64,000 nucleotides of DNA from Takakia lepidozioides (Eukaryota; Plantae; Bryophyta): the NCBI GenBank assembly GCA_030704615.1, contig CM060733.1, positions 18,290,001 to 18,354,000 on the forward strand. The letters are read 5' to 3'. Shown piece by piece: positions 25,251 through 38,873 of the stretch; position 1 is the first letter of the stretch, and every line of letters starts with the position of its first letter. The position numbers and the translations under genes are program-made. Below the pieces are notes generated by a model. That model was not told where the DNA came from, did not search any database, and saw only the letters and a program-made list of their open reading frames with translations.

Positions 25251-27188
25251 GTTGTATTCATTGGTTTCCAGTTGCTCAACTCAATTCTGATTTCGGCGTC
25301 CTTTGTTTTACATTGCAATTTAGTGCGCAATCCTGCCAGCAGTTCATTACTGTGAAAGAGAGAAGTGACGGTCATGACACCTGGAATTGCAAAAACCTAA
25401 CGTAGGACGCCAGGAGGAGGAATGAATGGAGACAGTGGGGGCCTTAATGGGCTATGACAGAGGCAGTGACTAATGGAGAACGTGAAGCTGCTTTTAATGC
25501 ATCTCCTTTATGACAACAGAGGTACTGACGCCAAAGCCCCTTCGCTTGAACAACCGTGTATGTTTTAGCATCTGGGCACCATGCTAAACTTACATAAATA
25601 CGCGAGGAACCCTGCCAGGAGCGGCTTGAGAGAATTCCATCAGAGAAATCTTACACGTTATAAGCTTATGAGAGAGATCGGGAAACCATATTTGTAACAT
25701 CCAGTGAAAGCAAATATAGGTAGTCATGAGATTTGAGAGAAGCAACTTCTCTTACAGGTAGAGTAAGTATTCGGGCAGTATCGCAGTGAAACCAGGTACT
25801 GAGTTGTCCTGGCGACATCTTTCAGCATCCAGGCACCGGCGGATGGAGGGACCTGTGAAGTAGCTGCACTTTTTACTGCTTCAATTTAGGGCTGCGCCTT
25901 TTGGATCACTCCTCATCCTTCCAGCAGAGCACAATGGCGAGGCCAGTGCAGCAGAGACGAAGATGGTCAAAGCAAAAATGAAAGCCAACCTGCCTCCCGA
26001 TGTCCTTTTTCTGTGCTGAGGATGGGCTTCATGAGCAGCAGGCATGTGGAAGCAGGCACCGGGTGCCCTGACAACCCAGAAACCCCTGTGCAGAAATTAT
26101 TCCTCCCGACGAGTATGCATCCGTGTTGTCTGAAAGAAATGCAGAAATGGAAGGAGGATCACAACATCACAACATCATAAACTGTCAAAATAAAATCCAT
26201 ATCCACCTTCTTGCACCCCTCATGCAAATGCCATCTTCCAATTCTCATGAGACCTCTCAAATTCAGATGCGTACAGACTGCCCAGACTGGAGTAAGGACA
26301 GAGGATTGAGAGAGAGAAGGGAGACAGACTTGTTCTTTAGTTGGAGACTAACACTGGCTGTTAGACAAGAGAGAGTCCCTAGAAAAAAATGCACAGATGT
26401 CTCTGTTAACTTCTCAAATTAATTCACTCAGTGAAGAGACAAATGGTGAAGACAGAACATTCACTAGAGACTGCAGGGAAGATAGCATGGGTGTGAAAAT
26501 ACAAATAACTTCATGGAAGAACAGCAGCACCGTGACTGTCCTCCTTGGTATGGCTTGTCCTTCTTGGCCCCTCCAATGTATCCATCATTCCTATAAAATA
26601 CATTCAGTGTATACAAGCTACAGAGTTCTAACAAGGTCTCTCAACCTAACATCTCAACTGCCAGGTATCAGAACCTCCAATCAACTTACTTTCTGGTCAG
26701 TGCTCCTACCCTCTAGCAATCAAGCAGCTGGAATTGAAATGTGACTACGTCTTTCACCCTGAGATCTTCCATTGGAACTGAGAGGTTCTACATTAAGATG
26801 CAACGGCCGTCCTGCCCTCTCCGAAAAGATCCAACTTGTTGTTTCTGCTACTTTGTGGCGCTCTGCTCCCTTTCTCCTCCCGAGTCCCAAACTTTTTAAA
26901 AAACCAGTTATTCAGAGGGTGGATGTGGTCTGTGATGCTGTTCCATTTGAGCTTTGTGCAGACTACCACCTGGACCATCCTCTAGGTTTAAACACCAATG
27001 CGCCTGGAGTACACTATCCATAATTTGCACTTTCCTGAAAAAGGCCTTCAGTGCTGTTTCCCCACTCCCTCCTCTCCTCTCCACAGAGGGTGTATATTTC
27101 TCCATCACTTGAGCTGTTAACATAGGGGGAAATAAAAAGTTCAATGGAAGCCAAATGAACTGTGCAAAAGCATGCTTCTGGCAGACCA

Positions 27189-30100
27189 CTACCCTTCATA
27201 TCTACGGGGTGAATTGCTGTGAGTATTACTATCCCAAGTCCGTGTCCGCCTCACGATTCCTTTGTGGCCAGGGCTGTCGTCATATGAGTTGTCACTGTCA
27301 TCAGTGGCTGACTGCCCTTTGGAAAGGCGCTGCAGCAGCCGCTCTTGGTTTTGTGCTTCTGTGCGTCGCGTTCGAGGGTCCCTGCCTGCCACTTTCCTTT
27401 CCTGCATACAGAACATGTGGTAAGAAAAAGTAAAATGCAAACCTCATATCTGCTACATACCCAAAAACTTCCAGGTAATACACAGCCACGACAACAGCTT
27501 CCAGAGGAAAGTACCTTCAGGCCTGTAGTTTGTACATTTCACACATAGTTACCCTACCTTCCCTCAACATGAAATGGTTGTCTGCCCCAGAAGACCATCC
27601 AAATGCTTCACAAGTCTATCCCTCACTGAATCCCTGGACCCTGGGCCTCTTTCATATAGCTCATCAGCCAAGTTGAATGGGAACCTGTCTTTGGAAGTTC
27701 TAGTCACAGGTAAATTTGATGGGATAATTAATGCTCATCTTGATTGTTCACAAAAAAGGGTGCTGTTTGTTTGCTCAAGACAGATCAGTGGGAATTCTCG
27801 CCATTTACTACTACGAGTCTGTTAAGATTCTGCTAGGTGACCACGTAGAAGTTTAGGGTTGGTCTTCTACTCTATAATGATGTAGAAGGGCAATGAGTGT
27901 GACACCTCCACCAGCTGGAGTGGAAACTGCACTTCCTTTATTCGTCTCCTGTATTATCTGCCTGCCGCAATTGCCAAAGTCCAGAAATGGCAAACATCCA
28001 ACAGGACTTATACATTTCAAGAAGGGCCATCCTTGATCCATATGAGAATCCAGATTGACAACTGCATGTGGTGGCAAAATGTGCAGGTTGGATACTACCC
28101 AAGATCTGGTTGGGCTTGTAATTAAAAAGAACTTTTACCTCACGAAATGGGAACTCCTCAGCCTCAAGCATGTGCACAACATGTCCCATCTTCGGCCGCT
28201 TCTGTGCATCAGGATCGACACAGCGCAGAGCCACAAGCAGTGCTCGTTTGAGTGCCCGTGATGTTGGCTTCACTTCCATCCTAGGATCCGCCACATCTTC
28301 AGAGCGCCTGTTCCCCACCATTAGCTTTAACCAGTCCACTAGATTGATCTGCGCCAGCCAGCCAGTCAACCACAATATGAGTCCCTGGCAAGATTTCATG
28401 GGGTTGTCTCAAATTTCAGGGATTCCATGCAAAAAAAATAAGGGTTCATAGAAACACATCCAGGGCGACTTGATGAGCAACTTTGACACATCATTACCAG
28501 AGCATCCCCACAGCTTGCCCACAAAGAGATCGCACATCTTCTTGAACCACTGAGCATTGCAGGGCAAAATACTCCCTTCAAAAATCAAGAGACAACAAGA
28601 TCTCACATTGACTCTTGAATCCAACCCCAGTACCGAGTAATTTAGCATGACAAAGTACAACTATTTAATGGGTTTCCAGCTCCCCCGACTGTATTCTACT
28701 ACTCAGGTGTACGTCCTGAAATTCTGTTGTATGAATTTCTCCCATTAGCTCTTGGTACTTTTTCTTGTTAACAGGTCTATTTTTGTCTGTTTCCGGATTC
28801 TAAGCCTTTGACAGCGCCGTGACCTCAGGACGGAGGCTTGTGAATGGAAGTTTGGAAGATAACTAAATACGAAACCATTCACTGGAGGCAGCACTGTTAT
28901 CACACTCACCAGAGAACACACTACTCAATGACATGGGACGAAACATTTACCCCAGGGCCACCGACAAAGAAATCAGGAAGAGGGAGAGAACAGGAGTGAG
29001 CCGTGGCAAAGAAGAGGGTGTGGGATGAACTTCAAGGTGAAATACCTCGCCTGTTGCACGATTGTAGTCCACTGGATCTCGCCCTGTGATGATCTCCATG
29101 AGAAGCACACCGAAGCTGTACACGTCACTTCTCTCATTGAGCAAGCCTGTACTTGCATACTCAGGGGCCACGTACCTGCCCCCACCAAGCATATGCAGAG
29201 CCAAAGGTATATTAGCCAGCAAAGCCAACTCCAATTCAGCCAACCACCTCTCTAGCATGAGTGGTCCTGGGATCTATATAAATGTGTAAGTGACCTATTT
29301 GGCACCTATCTCACAACTCCCTCCCTCACTCCAAAACATGCTTATAAACATGCTCCTCAAATGCCCGGCTCATTTTCCACAAAATACTGAAGGAACAAGG
29401 TGCAAAAGACAAACCCAAATGTGCCCATGACACGGGTCGTAACATGGCTCTTCCCTGAGCCCAGAAGCTTCGCCAGCCCAAAATCTGACACCTTAGCATT
29501 CCATTGAGAATCCACCAGGATGTTGCTCGATTTGACATCACGATGCACCACCTTTGGCTCCAGTGCCTCGTGCAAATATGCTAACCTGCAGCATGGCTTT
29601 CTTGAAGTCAGATCTCTCTCTTTTCCCCTCCCAATACCTATTCACCCTTTTGATCGAAGAAGCATCTCTCTAACTGCCTGAGTCACCCCAATTCGATCAA
29701 TGTCAAAGGATTGCATGGGATCCAGGAAGCTACCTTTAATCAACATGGACTTACGCGAGTATTCAACATGAGACTTGCAGAAGAGGGGGGACAGTGGTCA
29801 AGAGAAAGCCAGGATACAAGCCTAAATTTGGGGAGGCTGCATGTTGTTAGTCATATACTATCATGACATCTCTGGCTCAACCGGGATAAACAATATGCAT
29901 GCAGGTAGACTCTTCTCACCCCTTTGCAGTTCCCATGACAATCCTCATACGGGCCTCCCATGAGAGTGTAGTTGACTGTGACAAAGGTCCGTGCAGCCAC
30001 TGCTCCAAATTGCCATTGTCCACATACTCATAGACTAGCATCCTGTGCCACATGAAATGGACCTGGCTGTTAGAAGTGACAGTATCACATTCTTTGAAAT

Positions 30101-31971
30101 TACAACACTACTCGATCGATCAAGAGAACCTTACTGTCCTCCCTGGTGTGTGCATGTCATGTAGATAACAAACACACCCTACCCAACATCCCAGCAATGT
30201 CTGTTGTATTGGAGGATTCTTCAGGGCAGGAGTGGTAGAGGATTTTGATGAGGGGAAAAAATCCACCATGCACAAAGTGCGTCAGACGTATCATGAGGAG
30301 AATCGTATTTGAAAAAAATAAAATAAAAATCCAGATGGTGTACCGGATGGTGTACAAAAACTTTGCAGAGCATCACTCTGACCCATGGGTCCCACCTCTA
30401 CTTTCCTGTTGGAGACTGCATTACTCCTAGATCTCCACATCCCCGATTTCGCCACCTTTTCTGCCCAGTCCAAACTGGGTGACACGTTCTATGACAATTT
30501 GGCTCGAGAAGTAAAATCTATATCTCTTCCCAGTGGAGCAAAAAGTTGTGATTGGCTACTCCCTCATCTATGGCAATTCAGAATGGACAAGAAGAGTGTA
30601 GTTTGGAACTTCATCATATCTCCCACAAAAATGATCTTTAGTCTTTTCCAATCAGACCCATGGACTGCAAACCAATGGGGTCCACACTGATAAAGAGATA
30701 AAGCACTATCCATTGACTGGCCTGCAGGACATACTTCCAATCAGGCCTTGTATAGGCTGAGTTTGGTGCATCAGAAGACCATTACCATCTTCCACCTCTT
30801 TGACGGGGGATAAAATGAGTGCACATGACAAGCATAAAATGGAACAAATAGGAAGTATGACAAGTACCTGTGAGCACCTTCAGCACAGTAACCCAGCAGC
30901 CGCACTAAGTTCTTGTGCCGCACTCGGCCAATAGCCTCCACCTCCACCCTAAACTCCTTTTCAGCCTGCCCCCTACAAAAAGAACATATTTCAAATTTCT
31001 TCAGTTGTGTTATCCTCCTCCATTCACCAGTCATCGGCTACTTCTCTCCCTCCCTTCTGCTGGAACTACTAAGTACCCACAGTTTAATGCCCTGAAAGTA
31101 TGATATCCATCTATACCAAAGCACCTTACCTGTTGTTGAGGAGATTTTTTACTGCAACCAGAGTACCATCAGGCAGCTGGCCTCGGTAAACAATGCCGTA
31201 TCCACCCTCCCCCAGCACATTGACATCTGCAAATCCATTGGTTGCAACTTCCAGCTCTCGCAGTGGATACCACTGTCCCCATCCTAAGTGGGACACTTCA
31301 GGAGCTGATCCAACTGGCGAATCCAAGGACCTTGTTGAAGCTGAACCTCCACTCAGGCTCATGACGGAACCCTTGTCAGTAGCATCAGCCGCCAACAAGC
31401 TGCGCCTCTCCCCATCAGATCCCAGATGTGAAACAACTGTCTGCATTTGCACGGAGCTCTCGTGTGTTTGGACACCCTCTGTTCTCACCACGGCATCTCC
31501 TTGCAAAATATGCTGCGCAGCGAGTGCATTCCTCTCCCTCTCTAGGAGAGATTGCATCTCCCCCTTCCAGTTCACACTATTCTTTGCGGCCCCAGAATTT
31601 CCCTTGGCTCCCCCTTTCTCTGCATAGTGTTTACCATCGCCTACATGTACTACCCCTTTCTCCGTCGAGTCCTTCTCCCCAGAGTTTTCGCTGATCGTGA
31701 GCAGTATGGGATCCGGTGGTGGTAAATACGTGTTGCCTACTCTATCTATCCTAACTTCCTTGATCTCTTTCGAATTGTCCGGGATATTATGCGTTGGCAG
31801 CTTATCGTGTGTGCTCTTGGTACGTCGCCGAGATAATAGCCACAGCCACAAGATGAAGAGAGTTACGACTATGACCACAGCGACACATATGCCAATGACT
31901 GCCCATAGCTTGAGCCCAAAAATGTTAGTACTCTTGGACAGCTCAGTACTTAATCCACTTGGCCCCATCAT
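27189..31971 (-). CDS. Receptor-like Ser/Thr kinase, RLCK-V-like (At1g01540-type), 7 exons, 597 aa
   Basis: Exons 31971-31130, 30972-30868, 30042-29920, 29585-29415, 29175-29046, 28348-28139 and 27401-27189 are all GT-AG and total 1794 nt in frame. N-terminal TM ([12 protein letters not shown]), [29 protein letters not shown] and YVAPE motifs. Confidence 0.95.
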
Positions 31972-34573
31972 CTTCGAATCTGGATTGTGAAGAGAGTGAA
32001 GCCAAGAAGACTTCCAAAAACACCAGTGGGGAACTGTGAGAGAAGGAGTGACAGGTCTTCTTACCAAGGGAAAAAGAGCACCCCTTCCACACTGAGAGCC
32101 GAAAAGTGGGAGTGAGCCTCTTGCGAAGAGTCTCAATGACTTACCGTTCAGGCTACAATTCTCCACGTAGTGCGTTAGTCTGCACTTTGCAACTGACTCT
32201 GGAGTCACAATGTGGACGTGAGACAACTCAAAAAGCAGATTGTAGCTACACTTTCGCACCAAGTTTGAAAGCTTCGTCTGTCTCACACAGACTCTCACTA
32301 CCTTGGATCACACTCGTCCCAGCACACATCCTCTTCCGTGAAACACCTGTCTCAATGATGTCAAAAGGATTATAGCCCAAGCTTTCAAAGGACCAGAGCC
32401 TTGATACTTCGGACCTTTTACCCTTCCCAGCCGAAATACAGAAATGCCTGAGCGTCCAATCAAAATGTGCATTCTATCAAAAGATATATCCTTTCAACAG
32501 CCTCGCGACACGTCTTAAGGACGGCCAAGCCTAGGAGAGATTGCTGTCTGTGAAGTAGCTTGCGAGAAACTGGATAGCCGATCCCCGCGAGCTCAACCAC
32601 GTCCTTAAAACTCTGGGCACGGACAGGACTGGGCAAGTAAAGCTCAGCAGAAGGCTTGAGAAAGGTGGTAATGATCAAGAGAGTGATCATGGAGCCAGCA
32701 TTCAGACACTCCTTTTCCTTTCTCGACAAGATCCGGGCACCGGCTAGTTCAATTCAATCCTCAGGCCTACGAAGCTTCCAAAAGCTGAAAGATCAACTAC
32801 CTGTGTACAAACACTTGTTCCCCTTGATGGACGAAGCCCGAACTCACACGTACGGCTAAGCGCCGCCTTCTGGCCAGTTGCTCTCATATGGCAGCATAGT
32901 GAAGTGAAATGACCTACATTTCCCGGAAACGCCTTCTCAAGCTTATCAGAGAAACCAAGTATACTGCTTCATTGAGCAAAAGATGCATGGGAGAGATAAC
33001 ACAATGAGGAGGACAATTTACCGAACATCCGAAGAGATGGAACGACCATAAACAGATCAGAAAGTCCTTAATCGTAGCGACCTCACCAAATAGAGGTGCG
33101 TAAGGAGACAGACTGATGCTGCACCTCCAAGAAAGAGGAGGAGAGCGAGAGAGTCTCAGGCCTCCAGGCAAAACAACACCACAGACAGATGTCTAACACT
33201 GTCGAAGCTGGAAGAAATATAATAAATCAATTAGACAACAAGAGGGAACACAAAGGAGCTGAAATACAGAAGCGGGAGCGGCCCCACCGCATAAACAGCT
33301 ATGTATCCCTGCGAGAAACTCTGACAACAGATGGTGTCAGAGAAAGGAACTGTGACGGAATAATGAATCCAGGGGAGAGAAGGGGAAGAAAGGGAAGAAG
33401 AGCAGAGCAGCAGGCAAGGAGAGCCCAGGGCCTCTCTTCTCGCAGGCAGGCAAGCAAAGAAGACGAGGCAGCGAGAGCCAGAGCAGCGGCCCGCCCCAGT
33501 AGCCAGTTTCGCCACTTTTGCGCCGCGATATTGGCGCCCAACGGGAAGTTTTGCCGGCGTGGCAAAAACCACTACTATCTTTACTGTATACGTTCAACGG
33601 ACTACCGGTTATCCACCCTTCCCCTCCCCTCCCACTCGGGATCTGAGCGGGGCGTATTTGATGCGTATATACGGGGTGCAGTACACGTTCCGACACTACG
33701 CTCCAGGTTATCTGCTAACAGAGGCATCCATCTCATCTCATCTCTGGCTGATCCATCCATCCATCTCTGGTAAACAGCCTGTCTTTAAGAGGATGTTGTG
33801 GAGATGGCAGATATTGCGGCAGCTGAGGCTGAGACGATACGAAAGCAGGAAGAGTTCTTTTCGCAACCTACGACGGAGCTCCGGAAAAGGCTGTTGGCAG
33901 AGGTAACGAAGGAGTGAGGGGGGAAGAAGAAGAAGTAGAAGACGGGGAAGTTGAAACGGGTCCAAGTTAATGATCTAGGAGCTCCAAGGGGTCAATGTTG
34001 TCTCTGGATTTTACTTCAAAAGTGGGGGAGGTGTTGCTGTTGTGCAATTCAGCAGAGATGGAGGGCACTAGATGAGCAGCAAAAGATGCTCTTCTGATTT
34101 TCTAGGTCTCCATCAAGTCACGCGAGGACCAAAGGAAGTACTAGCATGTAGCTTCAGTAGTCTTGCATGCCAGGGAGGGTTTTGTTGCTGGGAGAAGATG
34201 AGCACAGACTGGTTCCAGCAACTTGAGATTGATCTTCCCTCACCAGTACACACAGGGCTATTCGAATTGAACAGTCCCTTATCTAGTGATGCAGCTTGAT
34301 TTTGGACTAACAATAGCATTGATAAAGCATCATTGCTGACGTTTGACTTCCATAGCAAAATTGGAAGCATACGATTTCATATCTCATCAAGCTGTAGAAA
34401 ACATGTTGGAGTTGACCCTTTGGAAGAAAGTACTTCTTTCCTCACAGGCTGTGTTGCGCTATTCTTTCCACATGCTAGTCCCATCAAGATTTTGTTGTGT
34501 TATCATCTCTGGTAGAAGTATGAACCCAAGAAAACACATGGGGCTGGGCGGCCACCGATCAAAGTTTCGCTTA

Positions 34574-35770
34574 CTACTTAGACAACGGTTGTTTATACAC
34601 ATAGATGTAGGAGACAATGCGGTCGAGCACCCATGTGGGAAGCCAGGTCAGAAGTGACATCGACAACGACATGTGGCCACCAGAATATCGGCGGGGGGGT
34701 TGTGTCCTTGTTACTACTTTCACCACCTGATCACAAGCAATGTCACGGCATGAATCAGCAAGTGAGTTTTCGCATCTGCGAAAAAGAACTCACCTCAAAC
34801 AAGGATCTGCTGCAGGGCACCTGAGCAAAGATAGTTCACCATACACCTCTAGATAGATTGACTACATCTGAATACTTATGTGAGCTCACTGAGATGAAGC
34901 AAGAAGAGACGAGTAGTAAAACTAGTTGCGTAGGTTGATAGAAAATCGCTAGATCTAGCATGTCATGGGTTCACCAAGTCCAGGTGCACCAATTAGGACT
35001 GCACTTCTTTCAGCAACTAAGGCTGAAGGTCACATTCTTTAGACTTTCTTTGAGGTCGGAGGGCCATGGATGGATCAAAGAGGTACCTCTTTAGCAAACT
35101 GGGCTGCTGGAGTGGATTTCGGGATTCCCATTGTCCCCGCCATCTTCAACATGGCAGCCTCAAATCCTCGATACAAGGACCATTCCTTCTTTCGTAAGCT
35201 TGCAGCGAAAATTTCACCTATATTCGAATTAATTGAGCCAGGAATGATGGTGATGAGATCTATGTTCAGTGGCTTCAGTTCCAGGCGCAACGTGTCAGAG
35301 AGAGAGAAGATAGATGCCTTTGTTGCACCGTAGGCGCCGACCCATGGCAATGAAAGACGGCCAAGCCCACTAGCTATATTGACAATCTTTCCTCCACCTT
35401 GAGAGACCATGTGGGGAACCACAGCTTGTATCATAGAGAGCCCCCCAAACACATTCACCTCAAAAATGCGACGAACCTGTTCCATTGGTACTTCAGCCAA
35501 TGGGCCCATCAATCCGATCCCAGCATTGTTGACCAAAACATCGATACGGCCTGCTTTCGTGATAACAGATTCAACACCTTCTCTTACGGACTTTTCGGAA
35601 GTTATGTCAATCTGCAGGGTATGAATCCCGTGTGACAGAAGGTCGCTCATGGTTTCCAAAGCTTGCACGTCAGAAGCAAACACCTGGTATCCCCGGGCTG
35701 CAAAGAAACGACTGTACTCATGGCCTATTCCCCCTTTGGCACATCCGGTTACTAGCACAACATTGCTCAT
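34574..35770 (-). CDS. Short-chain dehydrogenase/reductase (AYR1/17beta-HSD-like), 2 exons, 278 aa
   Basis: Exon 35770-35087 has TGCAKGGIG, NNAG and YGATK; GT-AG intron; exon 34726-34574 reads VVKVVTRTQPPRR...LSK*. Confidence 0.92.
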
Positions 35771-36535
35771 TCTCCTCAGTCGCCTATCTGATCCTCAAAC
35801 TTGTTGATGCCAATCCCCTCGTTTTCTTCAATCTAGAGCGGCTCCTTGCGCATTCTCAGATCCTCCCGCTGCAAGTGTGCTCATATGCTTTTGTTGGCTC
35901 TCTTGTAGAGAGAGACTTAGCGGAGACATGCAAGTCAATGGAGAAAATGTGATCAAAGTACCTTACATCGTGTCAAGGCGCTGATTGGTGTGTTGTGCTG
36001 GTAATGCTCCCTAGTCCTCTTATGTTGTGCCAAAGCAAAGCAAGAGAGCCAGTTGCCGTTTGAGGCTTATTGATAATCGATTGTCAGAGCGAGAGAGATG
36101 CAACCGAGCTCAAGTCGAACCTGCAGCACGGTAAAGACATCGGCAGGCGCCAATCTAGTACAATCTAGTACGGCTCAAAAGTGTGGGGCCCCAATTAAAC
36201 CCCAACCCTACAATAATGTCGAATAATTTGTGACGGGACTGCTCAAATTTTTTGTTTTTATTTATTTATTTATTTAGGAAAGGGGACTAAGGCCCTTTTA
36301 ATCAAATTAAATAAAACAAATTTGCATTTGCCCCGCCTGGCTGCAATCAAGAAATACCATGGCAATAAGTCTGATGCCTTACATTTCTTAAAGACTACTT
36401 ACAAAAAGTTTGGTTGACCTAGTGGTCTATGAAAAGCTTGCCAAGAACCAGTCTCTATGATTGGTTTACAACAACAGGAGAACTGAAAGCTAATTACATT
36501 CAATGTGCAGTAGAATTGGGTACATCAGTTCAGAA

Positions 36536-36883
36536 TGTCAAGTTAAATAAGCACAGTGTGAAAACAGCTAGAATAAAACTAGTTATTTGTATTTAACACT
36601 TGGATTTAGGTCAAGTGTTAAATCAGGTGTCAAGTTTAGTTTGACACCTGGTCCGTCTTATCTTCACGAGAGCGGCCGTCGCGCGGCTCATCTCTCTCGA
36701 GTTGAGCCTGCGCGACCGAGCTCCTGCATCGTTTAGGATTGAGTGTGCTCATGATGGGAGTGTAGGTTGTTGTGGGGTGGAGTCCCCACAGCTTGGGGTG
36801 CCCCTGGCTCGACTACTATTTCTAAGAGTGATGGTTTGGTTTTCATGTTTTGTGTCAACAGTGTGTTCGTTGGTTTCTTATCA
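36536..36883 (+). repeat. Split repeat A1 (348 bp, TG...CA)
   Basis: One mismatch seen against A2 (47836-48183). Confidence 0.95.
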
Positions 36884-37840
36884 CTCGAGAGAGATGATCT
36901 CTTACCTGTGAGTGCAAGGTAGGAGTCGAGGGTTAGCACTTGCAAGATTACCTGTGTGTAAGTAGTACTTAGTTTGAGAAGCATATCATTGAATGTGATC
37001 ACAAGATTCAGCGTGCCCTGAAACGCCTGGAGGATGACGATGCCGGAGCCGCCACTGTTATTGTAGTCGCTAAAGCTACCAAGTCACCAGAGGCTTTGGA
37101 GTACACGAGGAGAGACTTAAAAATGCAGCAGCAAATGCTAGTTGGCACCTATGCGTGATCCTTCTGGATGATTGTTTCCCCAGTAAGCTTATAGAGAAGC
37201 TCTACCGTGCAGCATGAGCAGCGCTGGCAAGCTGTGAACGCTGATACCTGCACTCTTGCAGTCTTGGAGTCCAAGCTAGGACACGGGGAATACGACCGGT
37301 CAACAACCAAGGTGCTGCATTTGATCAACAATCCTGAAGCGGAGGGAGCCCAGGCCACGGACTAGCTCGTCTCGTCTTACCCTGGGAGTGCAAAGGATGA
37401 ATAGGTGAAGATCCTTTGGCAGATCAGAGCAGGGCGGAGCTCGTTGCGTTGACTGGCTAGCCGTTATATGGTCGACAGTCGTTTAAGCTGCAGGGTTACG
37501 TTGCCGGGTGATCGATATTGTTTCCAGGTTTTCATTTGGTGGGCATGCCGGGAGCGTGGAGGTGTGAGGAGTGGCAGGGCTTTCATCAGTTGCATCTTTC
37601 TTAGCTGCTGTGTGTTTCACTAGTTGAACATCTTCGAAGCTGAATTACGGCTCAATTGGAAACCCGTACCCTGCTACTTCTGCCTATCGAGGTTATGGTG
37701 GGGGTGGATCAGGAGGGCAGGTGTTCCAGCTCCAGTTGTGTGCATATGTAACCTACCTCCCCGTAATCTCTTTTAGTTCTCCTCTAGAAGAGGTTACTTA
37801 CTTGGACTGACAGGACCTGGATCAGTCTGGAAGAAAGTTT

Positions 37841-38131
37841 GACCTGCGAATAACGTCCGTCCTTGTGATCCTTCTTCCTGTTCAAGAACCAGTCAGGTAT
37901 CTTGAACTGCCGGGGATTCGCGACAATCACCATCAAGTTCTTCAGCTCCGCACCCGACAGCTCACCAGCTCTCTTGCTGGTGTCGACGTCCGCTCTTGCA
38001 GACCAGGTTAGCAAAACGGCGCCCCAATCCCTTGATGGAGGTCAAAGCGAACATGATCTTCTGCCGTCCATCTACATTTGTGTTGAGCACTCGCAAAATG
38101 TGCTGAAATCTTCGTTGGCGATGAGCGACAT
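37841..38131 (-). pseudogene. RPS18: Processed 40S ribosomal protein S18 (uS13) fragment captured antisense
   Basis: [59 protein letters not shown]...[22 protein letters not shown]; no introns, two frameshifts, 3' truncated. Confidence 0.93.
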
Positions 38132-38873
38132 GGTGGATCCCCGCGCAGCAGCGATCCTCGCGCTGTGTAGCTTCACAGGCAAGCGGCAAAGAGGCAAGGA
38201 GGCAGTAGAGTCAGCTGTTGGTGAGGCGAGATAGAAGCACTTTGGGTCTTCAATCCTGAGTACCTCTTTCAGAATATTAAATCCCAACGGACATCAATAC
38301 ATGTGGGAAAGACCTCATACCGCATGTATAAGCATCCCCAGCCATTGGAATGGCGTTGTGCGGCATAGTGAGGAGACGATGCAGGGCATCCATGGCAGCG
38401 AGCACGCAAGAAGAAGCAAGTAGCACTGAAGACACATGATCACAGTGAGGATCAGAAGGACCTAACAGCCCCAGTACTTGAGCGTTGTTCGACACCAGCT
38501 TGATTTTGCATAGACCTGGAGGGGAACGGCCTCGGGAACCCGTAGGTAACCTGGGAACAATTTTTAATGGCGAGAACGTTTTGGTGTTAAAAAACAAAAA
38601 AAACAAAAAAAATGGCTCTTTTTAATCTAATTTAAATGATTTAGAGCCTAATTGGTCATAACTTTGTCAAATGGACTCTGTTTGACTCTGTTTTTGGGGG
38701 GATAGCTGCAGGAAGGAGAAATCTACCTTATCTAAACCTGGTTTCTGTTTTGGGGACTCTGCTAAAAATCTATGGAATTTTTAGAGTGTGAGTGTGCCAC
38801 GAAATATCCACAATCCTGTTTCTAGAACCTGTGCTGGTCTATATGAGAGACAACCTGTGGATGTACTCCTTGT

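Noticed and set aside
31972-32298. N-terminal extension of the 390-aa kinase ORF
   Set aside because: Non-ATG start; family-like sequence begins at MMGPSGLS (31971), so this is probably UTR or intron.
33189-33965. ORFs of 194 and 115 aa and an exon-like MADIAAAEAE...LLAE segment
   Set aside because: Low-complexity leader/promoter region of the kinase; no recognisable domain or further exons.
36536-36883. Hammerhead ribozyme/retrozyme in repeat A
   Set aside because: No CTGATGA...GAAA core found by eye.
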